A stretch of DNA of 64,000 bases, taken from contig NMRA01000041.1 in NCBI GenBank assembly GCA_002633005.1, positions 1,245,294 through 1,309,293 of the forward strand, read 5' to 3'. The notes beneath the pieces were generated by a model that saw only the letters and a program-made list of their open reading frames with translations, was not told the DNA's origin and made no database searches. The DNA comes from Phoronis australis (Eukaryota; Animalia; Phoronida). This document shows, in pieces, positions 40,481 through 52,964 of this stretch. Positions within the stretch are counted from its first letter, which is position 1; every line of letters starts with the position of its first letter. The translations under genes were made by a program, and so were the position numbers.

Positions 40481-41156
40481 ATTGTTAAAGTCAAGGGTAA
40501 TTTTGTACAATTACCGCGATATATTTAATTCTTGTATCAGGGTTCTAACGTCAGCTGCCGACACTAGTCATTGACGAATCCCAAACTTCCATTCACACCC
40601 GAAAAAATATTTCAGTTTTCCGAACCGTTTGTTGACTTATACAGCTACATTGTAGATGTACTTGTATGAGCCTCAACAGAACTGTCATAGTGCCTTCGCT
40701 AAGGCTAAATGTTCTTGCAAATTTGACGAGATTGTGGAGCCTAGCTAGCATGTGACCACGTGATGCAAACGGTTTAAGTGACCACCTGTTACAAGGCACG
40801 TACATGCACAGGTTGCATGTAAAATAAAACAGTGGAAATTGATCGAAAATGTTATATTAGAAACTAAATTTTCAAAATAATTCGCTTTGAAATGCTGCAA
40901 CCCGTAGTCGCCGCTATTTCGAATATAGACTTGGTCAACTTTGCACAATGATTGAAAATTTAATAGCAACACAACGTTGTGAGTATCAGTAATATAGTAA
41001 AACTATGAAACGAAGTCTCGATTGCATGAAAACATACCGAATTATAAGGATTTATATTGACTTAACGTTTTAAATTCATAAAATAAATACACAAAACGTA
41101 CCGAGAGTGGCGTTGATGACGTAATATCCCACGAAAAATTATTCCGCGTACATGTA

Positions 41157-41727
41157 TTATTCCAAACGAATCAAATTCCTAAGTTTCTTACAAAGTCATT
41201 TTTCGCCAGATTTTTCAAATACTTCTCTCAGACTGCTCACGTGGCGGATCACAACCTACATGTGTGTACTTGCGCGTTAGGTTGCAAGTTTTCTCTAGTA
41301 AAAGAAATAGTTTTAAATGTGACGATTTATTACTTGAAAAGAGACAACAAAGATGAAGCACGGGTAATTGTGCATTGAACTTGTAACATCTTCTGAAAAT
41401 AGGAATCGGCGCCTGAGTTGCAAACGAAATAATATTTAGCAATTGAAAACTGAGACAGAACTGTCATATAATCAACAGTCCTGTTCCAGATGTTACGATT
41501 GAGACATGCTTGTATGTTGAGCGTTATTTACACTGCTATGATTGCATTACTTTAAACTATTTTCCAAACTTTGGTGATCGAACCGGCTGTCAACATCGAG
41601 TCCACATTGACCCACCTTTTGAACTTTCCATGTCAGGGGTCGCTGTTGAAGTAGTGCGGGAGGTGAATACGGAAAACATTATTACTTGGCTGTATTTCCC
41701 TCGACTGATTCGACGCGTATAGGATAA
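41157..41727 (-). mobile_element. MITE family A, copy 2, inverted (5' of the DUF3105 gene)
   Basis: Reverse complement begins TTATCCTATACGCGTCGAATCAGTCGAGGGAAATAC and aligns to 29363 onward. Its inner end is decayed (ttattccaaacg). Confidence 0.85.
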
Positions 41728-43169
41728 ATTCCGATAAGGGCCGCAGGCACCAGGATTCCGATACGGGAACGGATTCCCGATGCGGGGTCAGTGGAACAAC
41801 ACGAAACCTCGATTAAGTACGCACTGCAGATACTGTAGCCAGTCAGCTAGCTGATTGAAGACTGTCGTCCAAAATACAGCTTTAAGGTACTAATGTGTGT
41901 TGAGCTCCGTTAGACCCCAAAATTTTTGTTAGTCACCTCGTACATGTAGAGCCAACGACCGACGAGGCTGCATGCAAAATCTGGGAGTCAACCGACACTC
42001 ACCTTGCCCGTCCCAGGCGTTTAAGTGAAAAACAATCTAATAAACGTCATTTCCTTGCATAATTCTCCACTTTTTATAACAAAGAAAAGTCTGTTGGTTT
42101 GAAAACAGTACGCTCGTGACAAGCGCACGCGCCATTTCCTAAAATTTTGCGACAATCCTTCGGAAAACGACAACAGCATCGCAGCAGCAAAATTTATTCT
42201 GAAATTTGGTTAGCTGGTATTAAAATACTAAAAACTTGTAACAAAATGAAACCAATTCCGATAAGTTGTTGCGGCATCTACGCAATCTCGTGGAAACTGA
42301 CGTCATAACATTCAGTCATTCCAATTGGTTGAAATATGGGAAACCCCTTTCAATTTAAAGTTACCGAGTATGGCGACCACCTTTGACTTGAATAGTTGCA
42401 TTTTATTAAAATGGATATGATCGAAGTAAACAAAATCAATCGAACGCAGTGGCTTAAGCCCAAATAAGTACAGTGCATAAAGGCTTGTGCAAGTAGTGGC
42501 GATGTGATCGGTGTACTTCCGACCAAAGCATGCGCAATGATGGCCACACACGGAATTCGTTGTCCTTCAGTCACAGCCACAGGGCCAATTTTCAGTATAG
42601 GAGGCGCTGTGTCAGAGGGTAGTGGAAGAGAAGTTGATTGAAAAATCGCGGATCAGAAACTGCCCAATAGGTGACGGCGCCGAAAGCCGACCCCAAAGAG
42701 CGCACTATAACTTTAGCAGTAGGTGAACGGTAGAATGCCAAATTTTCTAACACCGGTAAATAATTTAGTTTACTCAAAAAACACTGGTGTAGCCTTTAAT
42801 GACACTAATTTTGCGTCAGATTTTATTTGGTCATGTTTTTACCTACATCGGCGCAAAGCTGTAGATTTAGTATACAGATTTGCACCAAGGCTAGAGCAGA
42901 TCTTGTTAATCGGGAATTTTGTGGCCAGGTCTTGTCGCGGATACGAATCTGTTGCGCAGTTAGGCTTAGTTGGCACGATGTCATATGTACCACCTTACTC
43001 TGATTGGTTGAGAATTTCTCTGGGGCACTCGAAGGGGCTACGAATTATGGGCAGTGTAATTTACGTCGCAATTAATTACTTTCTATGGTGTGCAAGAAAC
43101 AAAAATAATATTTCATTAAACCATACTGGTATTTCTGGTGTCTGGATGTTTTGGTCGCGGGAGGCTATC

Positions 43170-43339
43170 TTTAAACCTGGCTTTACTAAACCCGCTCCCT
43201 GGTCTCATCAAGTCAGCCAAGCTTTCAGGTTCAGTAAATCATGTCGCTGAAATGCAAGTTAGGTCCAAATTTAGACGAGGTTTAAGAGTACTAGGTATAA
43301 AACTTGGTTTTTTAAACCTGACCTTTGAGAGATCGGTTG
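43170..43339 (+). mobile_element. diverged right-end fragment of the 32601-33766 element family
   Basis: ctttaaacctggctttactaaacc...tgaaatgcaagttaggtc...cctttgagagatcggttg aligns to 33597-33766. Confidence 0.75.
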
Positions 43340-45378
43340 ACAATGCTTCAATTTATTTTAAAAGAAGTCGTGCATGTATGTTTGAACCTCCTCTCAAATT
43401 ATTTAGGCTTATGATTGGTTGTACAAATGATGTCAAGTGGCTTAGCAACAAAGGCTGGCACTCCCAACAAGAGCATAGATTGGTATCTCCGTCCAAGGAG
43501 CTCGATACACTTTGTTTTTAGCTCATTGCTCCGTCACAGTAATTCTCTTTCAATTTTGATCCTATTTTGATGTTCGGTGCCGGCAACACATTTATAACCT
43601 CCTATCTGCGCATACTACATTGGTGTTGGCATGCATTTAATCAGTGGTGTTGTTAGTTTATGGTAAATGCGCAGCATTAAAGGGACACCCATCGGGCCGG
43701 TCAACTCACTTCACTTTCCAAATAAGTAAGTCGATAGTCAGGGAAGTGACTGTGTTCGCTTGCATGAAGCCGACTGCTCGACCACTTTCTTGTTTTGCTA
43801 TAGCAAACGGGAGAAACGATTCTATGGCGTGGTTCAAAATTTCTGTTAGGATCTTCTGAACCCCAGTCCCGGACCAGCAGGCATCAATACACGATAGGCC
43901 TTCAAATTCCCGTCCATACCCAGGCCTCTGACCAAACTCCAGTGTTAAGTCCGGGTGAGGAATCTGGTCGCCGCCTAGAGAATAAACTTTCGGGTCACCG
44001 TGTATCGTGGAGCATTTTCGGTTCTTGGGGGTTCTGTTTTGGAGCGCGGTCTGGGGATTTGCACCGTGGGTTTGGTGTCTGACTAGGGTTTATAGATGTC
44101 CGTAGCAGGAATTCAGAGGCGAAGACATGGAACCGTTTCCACCCCCTGTACACAATCTTGCTGATTCTGTTTGGTTATACTAACACAGATTACAACTAGT
44201 ATCCACATGTATTTGCTTGAAACTAAAGAAGCCGGAGTCAAGCAGGCTTGTTACACAGCCCATCAACCTGTTCAAAAGTTTAGCTTTTGACCATGACGTG
44301 GCCAGTTTTATTAATTTCAATTCCTCACGTAATTTGCGGTTTTTCATTCACATGAGCCCTATAGAGATTTTGATAAAATTTTATATAATTTGAAGTACCT
44401 GAGATAATTCAGTCATTAAACCCATAGAATTAAGAGGTCTGACGCTGCAAATAAATGGTACTGTACGTGTTTACTCTTCAGTACCTAGTTAGGCCTAGTT
44501 GCAAGACTTCTCGTCAAAAATATCACTACACAACTGACAACCAAACGCTACTAATGTGAAGTCACTTCTGCCCGTTAAATCTCAGAGCGCTCCACTGACC
44601 GTGGTGTGAGGTACACGCAGAAAATGTTGTAGCAAATGTTACGCATGTGGGTTCTGTGAAACTGTCGGAGACAAATCCTGCGCTCAGTCGAATTTCCAAC
44701 TCTGTTCCGTCGCAAAATTACGGCAGCGATTGATGACGCCAATCCCATTATTGGTGACGTTGCCTAGCATCATCGCACACATCAAGTCAAAGCTCAGAAG
44801 GTCGTCTGCTCGCTCGCCAAAAATCTTGCAAGATCTTGTGGTGCGATTTTCCGTGCTTATGTCAAACTCTAGAGTGGCGAGTTTTAGCGTACTCACCCCA
44901 ATATTCAGCTGCAAAAATACACACAAGCTGTAAGAACTGGATCATTGATGACACCATCCGTGTGAAAGCAAATACATGTACATGTACAACCACCAAAGTA
45001 CGATAAAGAACAGATGATTTGCTACGATTGTTACGAGAGAATGTACAATTCAGTAAAATCTCACTCTTTGTTCTCAGACAAAAAGTACATGAGATTAACT
45101 CAATTTAATTTGGAGCGTTTACAAATAAATTAATCTAATTTTTAAACAGAATTTAACGAGACACACCAAGGCACGGGACGTGCGTTGCGGTGGTGGCATT
45201 CATGTAGGGGACCAATTTTACTGAGAAAGGCGGCATCCGCGTATGGGCATTTCGGTCTCACATCAGTTGAGGAGGGGAAGTGGAATGAGCGACCCAAAGT
45301 GATCAGTTGGACATGCTTTAGAAAATTAATAAAGCCCTTTCTTACGATGCATACTTCATGAATCTTTTCAGGACTTAC

Positions 45379-45534
45379 CGCTACAGTTGCAGTTGCCAGC
45401 TCGATTGTATTCCGTCCGACTGGTTTTACGAGAAAAGTAGACGCACAAACTTATGGCGGCTGCTGAGATGACAAGAAATATTACTGTGCCCGAAATAATA
45501 CTCACGACAATCGTTGTGTCTCCGGCTCCCCATT
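45379..45534 (-). other. transmembrane-domain exon, duplicate copy
   Basis: Same translation as 47765-47920. Confidence 0.55.
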
Positions 45535-47764
45535 CTGGAAATGTAAAAACTAAATGTCCCACTTGCAAACTATTCACTGTTTGCGAATCTACTGGGTGTA
45601 AACAATTGAAATGACACTCAGGTTATACAAAATATATCATAAAACATCTATCAATCCTTTAAACTTTTAAAAATCATTTTACTTAGTGCGCTATCTTATA
45701 ACGCCTCCAACACACTGAAAATGAGGGAGGCGATTTGTCCATGATTAATTCGGCTGATTNAATTATTTAGGCTTATGATTGGTTGTACAAATGATGTCAA
45801 GTGGCTTAGCAAAAAAGGCTGGCACTCCCAACAAGAGCATAGATTGGTATCTCCGTCCAAGGAGCTCGATACACTTTGTTTTTAGCTCATTGCTCCGTCA
45901 CAGTAATTCTCTTTCAATTTTGATCCTATTTTGATGTTCGGTGCCGGCAACACATTTATAACCTCCTATCTGCGCATACTACATTGGTGTTGGCATGCAT
46001 TTAATCTGTGGTGTTGTTGGTTCGTGGTAAATGCGCAGCATTAAAGGGACACCCATTGGGTCGGTCAACTCACTTCACTTTCCAAATAAGTAAGTCGATA
46101 GTCAGGGAAGTGACAGTTTTCGCCGGCTTGCATGAAGCCGACTGCTCGACCACTTTCTTGTTTTGCTATAGCAAACGGGAGAAACGATTCTATGGCGTGG
46201 TTTAAAATTTCTGTTAGGATCTTCTGAACCCCAGTCCAGGACCAGCAGGCATCAATACACGATAGGCCTTCAAATTCCCGTCCATACCCAGGCCTCTGAC
46301 CAAACTCCAGTGTTAGTCCGGGTGAGGAATCTGGTCGCCGCCTAGGGAATAAACTTTCGGGTCACCGTGTATCGTGGAGCATTATTTCGGTTCTTGGGGG
46401 TTCTGTTTTGGAGCGCGGTCTGGGGATTTGCACCGTGGGTTTGGTGTCTTGTGGTTTGGGTCTGACTAGGGTTTATAGATGTCCGTAGCAGGAATTCAGA
46501 GGCGAAGACATGGAACCGTTCCCACCCCCTGTACACAGTCTTGCTGATTCTGTTTGGTCATACTAACACAGATTACAACTAGTATCCACATGTATTTGCT
46601 TGAAACTAAAGAAGCCGGAGTCATGCATGTTTGTTACACAGCCATTCAACCTGTTTAAAAGTTTAGCTTTTGACCATGACGTGGCCAGTTTTATTAATTT
46701 CAATTCCTCACGTAATTTGCGGTTTTTCATTCACATGAGCCCTATAGAGATTTTGGTAAAATTTTATATAATTTGAAGTACCTGAGATACAAAATGTAAT
46801 TCAATCATTAAACCCATAGAATTAAGAGGTCTGAAGCTGCAAATAAGTGGTACTGTACGTGTTCACTCTTCAGTACCTATTTAGGCCTAGTTGCAAGACT
46901 TCTTCGTCAAAAATATCACTACACAACTGACAACCAAACGCTACTAATGTGAAGTCACTTCTCTCCGTTAAATCTCAGTGCGCTCCGCGGACCGTGGTGT
47001 GAGGTACACGCAGAAAATGTTGTAGCAAATGTTACGCATGTGCGTTCTATGAAACTGTCGGAGACAAATCCTGCGCTCAGCCGAGTTTCCAACTCTGTTC
47101 CGTCGCAAAACTACGGCAGCGATTGATGACGCCAATCCCATTATTGGTGACGTTGCCTAGCATCACCGCACGCATCAAGTCAAAGCTCAGAAGGTCGTCT
47201 GCTCGCTCGCCAAAAATCTTGCAAGATCTTGTGGTGCGATTTTCCGTGCTTATGTCAAACTCTAGAGTGGCGAGTTTTAGCGTACTCACCCCAATATTCA
47301 GCTGCAAAAATACACACAAGCTGCAAGAACTGGATCATTGATGACACCATCCGTGTGAAAGCAAATACAACCACCAAAGTACGATAAAGAACAGATGATT
47401 TGCTACGATTGTTATGAGAGAATGTACAATTCAGTAAAATCTCACTCTTTTACAGTGTTCTCAGACAAAAAGTACACGAGATTAACTCAATTTAATTTGG
47501 AGCGTTTACAAATAAATTAATCTATTTTTAAACAGAATTTAACCGGACACACCAAGGCACGTGACGTGCGTTGCGGTGGTGGCATTCATGTAGGGGACCA
47601 ATTTTACTGAGAAAGGCGGCATCCGCGTATGGGCATTTCGGTCTCACATCAGTTGAGGAGGGGAAGTGGAATGAGCGACCCAAAGTGATCAGTTGGACTT
47701 GCTTTAGAGAATTAATAAAGACCTTTCTTACGATGCATACTTCATGAATCTGTTCAGGACTTAC

Positions 47765-47920
47765 CGCTACAGTTGCAGTTGCCAGCTCGATTGTATTCCG
47801 TCCGACTGGTTTTACGAGAAAAGTAGACGCACAAACTTATGGCGGCTGCTGAGATGACAAGAAATATTACTGTGCCCGAAATAATACTCACGACAATCGT
47901 TGTGTCTCCGGCTCCCCATT
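47765..47920 (-). CDS. transmembrane exon of a type I membrane protein (gene possibly decayed)
   Basis: tttacatttccag|AA TGG...AGC G|gtaagt, phase 1-1. WGAGDTTIVVSIISGTVIFLVISAAAISLCVYFSRK gives a ~25-aa hydrophobic helix followed by a basic stop-transfer. Confidence 0.65.
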
Positions 47921-50900
47921 CTGGAAATGTAAAAACTAAATGTCCCACTTGCAAACTATTCACTGCATGTTTGCGAATCTACTGGGTGTAAACAATTGAA
48001 ATGACACTCAGGTTATACAAAATATATCATAAAACATCTATCAATCCTTTAAACTTTTAAAAATCATTTTACTTAGTGCGCTATCTTATAACGCCTCCAA
48101 CACACTGAAAATGAGGGAGGCGATTTGTCCATGATTAATTCGGCTGATTGTGTCACTGGCAGGCATGTCGAACGCCGGAATCGGACAGTGCAATTGCGAA
48201 ATTTTTGGATCACAACATAAGCAGGCTACGTGAATGAAATAACTTCGACATTGGAATATTCCCACAATGACGGCGTTCAAAGGAACGTATTTCAACTGAC
48301 CAACTACATGTGTGTCCAGGAATTATTCTCTCTGGCGCTTTTTCGGCTTAACTCGAATTATCGCACATAATATTTTTCGTAAAGTAGTCCGCTTTGCGGA
48401 AGAATACAGAGTCACAATAACGCATTTTTGACTTTGTGACGTAGTTATTCTTTAAAAAGTTTAACATCCGGAACACCCAGAGTATTTTGTAGTCTCAAAT
48501 TATCCCCGGAGTTGTTTCATATTTGCGCATGTGCGAGCTTCAATAGCCAAGGATTGAGATGTGGTCCAGAGACAGCTAAAATCATGGCTTCAGTCTAGCA
48601 TGTCTCACTAGATGTACACGACGGACATTTTCAAATCATAGTCTGCCTTCTGACCGGATGTACAGTTACTTCTTGTATAAGCCTGTTTTCACAGAGGTTC
48701 CCCGGTGCATTCGACGGCCATTCTCCATTTTGAGAGTCACATGATTTGCTGTTCTGCATGAGATTCGCCCTGGCGTAGTTATGAAACACCTCTGCGGGAT
48801 AATTTGGGGCTACGGAAATTTCATTAAATACTCTCAATGTCTTGACAGGGTGTAGACATTCTATGAATGTTAATTGGATTTCATTTTGATTGGAAATTAG
48901 CGGCAGTCTGTGTCGAAACGTTGTTATGGCCGCTACGCCAAACAGTTGATCATAATGTCATATAGTTGAATGAAAAACAATGATTAGATACTAAAATATA
49001 TTGCCTGGATTCAAAATTAGTCGGACTCTGGAGTCTGGTTCATCTCGTGACATGAAAACGCCTACTCGTTTTCACATAGCATAGTACTCCCCTCCTCAAC
49101 TAAAGTGTTAAGTTTCGTATAAGCTTCTCTTTGCAAGAAATGGGCTATAAAGTGCGCAAACGATAAAGCGCGCATACCTGCCAATAATTTTCTGCTCCCT
49201 CGAAGATCAACTAAAACATATGTTCTCACATATGTGCAAGTATTCATAACATTTAAACAGAGGTTAAGCCGTGTAGAAGGAGGAACCGTGTGACTGTTAA
49301 TACATGTGTAACATATGAAAGTAATATGCAGGATGTCCCAAAAACGCAGTCACACTTCAGCACAACGCTGTTGCTGTAGTTCAAACCCAGTTCCTGTGTA
49401 TCAGACCTGCGCCTTAGCCTGCTGCACAGTACTGTAACTTCACGTTAAGGTAAAACCATGATCTATGTGCTCCGTATATGCGGGAATGGCAAACGCCCGT
49501 CTCAGTTTTAGAGAACGCGTAATGCTACTGGAAACTAGGAAAAATTCTAAGGAGTGCAAAGACAATATTTTCAAACTTCTGGAGTAAACCAATAATGCAT
49601 TTATAGAGTATTTCTTGGTTAAATGAAGATATTCTTGTGCTTCCTCCCAAAAATAAGGTGGGCCAGATTTGATGGTAATTCTGTGGAGTGAATTGGGAGC
49701 CATTGCCAAGAATGTTATTCATTAAGTTGTTTTGAGTGAAAAAAGCCCAGAATTTGTCTGTTCTAACCAGATTCGGAAGTCCCGCCAGCGCCAGTCCTGC
49801 TACTTTAGACGAATGGAAATTGGAAAACAATCTGGTTAATGTCATAGTTTAACCTGTATATCTAGAATCTATAGTGCAAGAGCATTTGGATTCTTGTCTC
49901 CGTTCTGGGACAGGGTCAGTCGTAAATTTGTGATTTGGGAGACGAGGAAAACCGCCCAATCCCGCAAGCATGTAAGTCACGCGGAGTACAACGCTGTACA
50001 TCAGCATCTACATGTATGTTAATAGGGCCTATATCCCCGCGAGTTTCTTCAAAATGGAGTACAGGGTTGACTCCATGCGGTCAAACAGTAGACCCATTTT
50101 AGCTAATAACCAAGGATCATGAACAAGTCAACTATACAAAAATCAATATCAATACCTTTGAAATATAAACTCAAAATAAATCTATATCGGTGAAAACGTC
50201 TTCATTTCGATACTATCATTTCGAAAACACTCACCCACTTCAACGGCACATACATGTAAGCACTGACCAACCGTGGGAGGGTAGACCCCTCGGGCTCTTC
50301 AAAACACAAGACTACGGCGACACATCTATCCAACTGGTTCAAAAGGTGACTCCACATAATTTTAATTAACGCGAGCAATTAAGGATCTTTTTCAAATACA
50401 TAATGTGTATTCTTTCACCAATAGGAATTCTTTAACGAGGTAAGTGTAATTTTGCCTCGACGCACATGCCCCAGATAGTAATTACTAGTCAATCAGAGAT
50501 CAGACACTGCACCTATACAAACTGTTAAAACATGTAACATTCGTACCTGAGTAGTTTTCAAGTTTTATTTTGAACTCGTATCCCTCGTTGTCTCTTACTC
50601 GCCGCAATCGTAACGTCAAAAATGGCGTTGACGTATGGTATAACAGCACTTTATGACCTTGCCTTGAGTTGTTAAATATAGTCTACAAACAGAAATCATA
50701 AATGTGTATTAAACTCATGTTCAGTCGCATTGGGCCAGGGCAAAAAGAGCTTAAGATATCTACCGCGAGTTATTCGTTCAAAAGTTTGCATTATCAAGAA
50801 CTTGTGTAGAAACAGCTTAGGACATGCATAATTTTTGCCTCGTTGGTGAAAAACACAAATTGAATAAATAGGTCTGTTACTCTCATTAATGGTTCTCATA

Positions 50901-51198
50901 ATTCTCCTTGCCATGACAGGAATCGATTTCCGTTACCAACAAAATAGTCGAAACCACCAGCAATTGAAGAAAACGCTTCAGAGTTTTTTTGAGATTGGCC
51001 AACCATTAAATTGCTAATTCGAAAATGACATGCGTACATTGCCTGTGGCTCAAGTTGGTAACGAAAATAGAATCCTCTCATAAAATTAAAATTCTGAGAT
51101 CGAATTCAGCTCGATATACCAATATTCTGACTAAATGTCAAACGGATGTGTAATCTTAGAAATACATAAGAAAGATTCCATTGTCTTGAAGCCTTTAA

Positions 51199-51758
51199 AG
51201 GGGTATTTCTTCCCGTCTACGCATACTTTTTAATGTATTAATAATGAAAAGCACAGCAATATATTGTTTTTGCAGTTTACCCCCAAAACCACCAAGTTTG
51301 CACGCAAAAACAAGTATCTTCCAATCGGTATCTTAACGCGTTTGTGGCATCGCTGGCTACACGCTTCAATCTCGCAGCCCAATCTGCATTTATGTCGTCA
51401 AGGCAACACTTCGAGGCGTCCTAGTCAGATACCGCACACCAGTTCATGATATTACTCTCCCATACATTTAGATTTTGACAGTTACTCAGAGAGGATTGGT
51501 AACTATCTGGGATACGAAGTCGACCTGAACTAACCTGGACTGGAGATTAACTCGGACGCCGACAGACCAAAATAATACGGATTTCCCCGACGAAGATGGT
51601 CACCGTTAATTTCTCTCAGTAACTGACAGAATTAAGCTACATTAATTGGGAAACTTGTCCTACCAACTTACACCTAATGGAGCATCATCTTAGTGGAATG
51701 CACGGACTAGTTCCGCAATGTGCGAAACTTTCCTCCGATGACGTCAAGAAGTACCCCT
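51199..51758. mobile_element. Kolobok-like non-autonomous element with TTAA TSD and a nested hairpin at ~51478-51626
   Basis: TTAA|AGGGGTATTTCTT ... AAGAAGTACCCCT|TTAA. Inner inverted repeat cagttactcagagag / ctctcagtaactg. Confidence 0.8.
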
Positions 51759-52932
51759 TTAAGATTCCTGTTCCGCTTCATTTTGGTTGAGAATTATAAC
51801 AAACAAGGCATGTAAAAGACCTCAAACACCAGTTCTGTGATTTATATAGTTCTTCTACTTTCAATCAAACAGTTTCAAATACGTGGTCGCATTCAATTTA
51901 ATTGAGTTTTGAGGGATAATCAAATCCAAACCTTGGAATTTCAAAACACCACTCTGAGCACTTTTTGGATAAAGTTCTCTAGAAAATATCAGTTTTGTTT
52001 TGAGAGTATTGTATTGTACAAACTAAATAAATTTTTTTGAAATGTTTGGCTTCGTTTTAGTTTTTTGCAACATTTCCTAACGTTAACAGTCGATCAATAA
52101 CTCAAAAAGAAATTAAATGAAAATCGAAAAACGATCAGGCGGCAGTATTGTTTCAGCTAAGTTACGCGTTATTTTTTATCATTAAACCTTAATTGTTTTC
52201 TGGGCAATAAATCGTACGACCAGTTACTGAAGAAACAATGTTCTACATGTTTACTATCTATCCATCGGGTTTTCGTCATTTTCTTGTCAAAATATGGCCG
52301 ATTGACCGGCGGACGGAGTTTGTCAGTAGTTCATCGTCTCTGTTCGAACAAAAAATAAAAACACGGTTAACATTCATGGAACGCCTACTGTATTAGTATA
52401 AATGTGATTTGAAAGCCAGGCTTAAATCCTATGCGTACCGGCTCAGACTAAAATCTATGATAGATTCCAAAATATACGCAAAAGGATCACGAAGGACAAA
52501 ATTAACGCACGCTCTCGCACGGTAGCAGGATATTGTTACGAACTTGCGAAAACAGGATCGAGGTCAGGCGTTCAATCTGATGGCCAGGCAATGCACATTG
52601 GCAGACCTACGTTTTCATTAAGGGGGTGTTTAGGATTCGCCTAGCGCCGGTCGGAGGGAAGGTTGGGAGAGGGTTTCCCCCTCCCATGTAAGATTTTTTT
52701 ATTTTTAGTAGCTGATTTCGTTTTCTTGGCGACATTTCTTTTAATTTTTATTTTGAACCTGCCCCGATGGGAGGTTGAACCCCTGAACTCCCTCTGTAGA
52801 ACCGCCTCTGATGTAGACCTTGAATTGATGGATACTGAAGTCATTTGCTGACCGATTGACTGCCGGCGGCCGATTTCACTTCAATTGTCTTGCATGTTTA
52901 GACGTGAATGATTTGTAAATTATCTTGAAGAA

Positions 52933-52964
52933 CAGTGGCGGATCTAGGATATCACAAGGGGGGN
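52933..52964. mobile_element. left end of a hAT5-like hairpin MITE cut by an assembly gap
   Basis: CAGTGGCGGATCTAGGAT...ggggggN. Confidence 0.65.

Larger units (their letters stand above)
43397..48149 (+). repeat. 2.4-kb direct duplication (43397-45759 and 45761-48149), probably an uncollapsed haplotype
   Basis: Near-identical copies with scattered SNPs and indels; the junction is exactly the single N at 45760. Confidence 0.92.

Noticed and set aside
42723-43521. Longest remaining + strand ORFs (175 and 127 aa)
   Set aside because: Non-ATG starts, no domain signal, and they partly translate a transposon end fragment.
51535-51622. Lectin-like exon LLREING...YYFGLS with good splice phases
   Set aside because: It falls inside a hairpin nested in the Kolobok-like element, so it is probably coincidental; not counted as evidence for the pseudogene.
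52620-52810. Additional hAT5-like MITE
   Set aside because: The right end (accgcctctg) resembles the family, but the left TIR and TSD are not recognisable.
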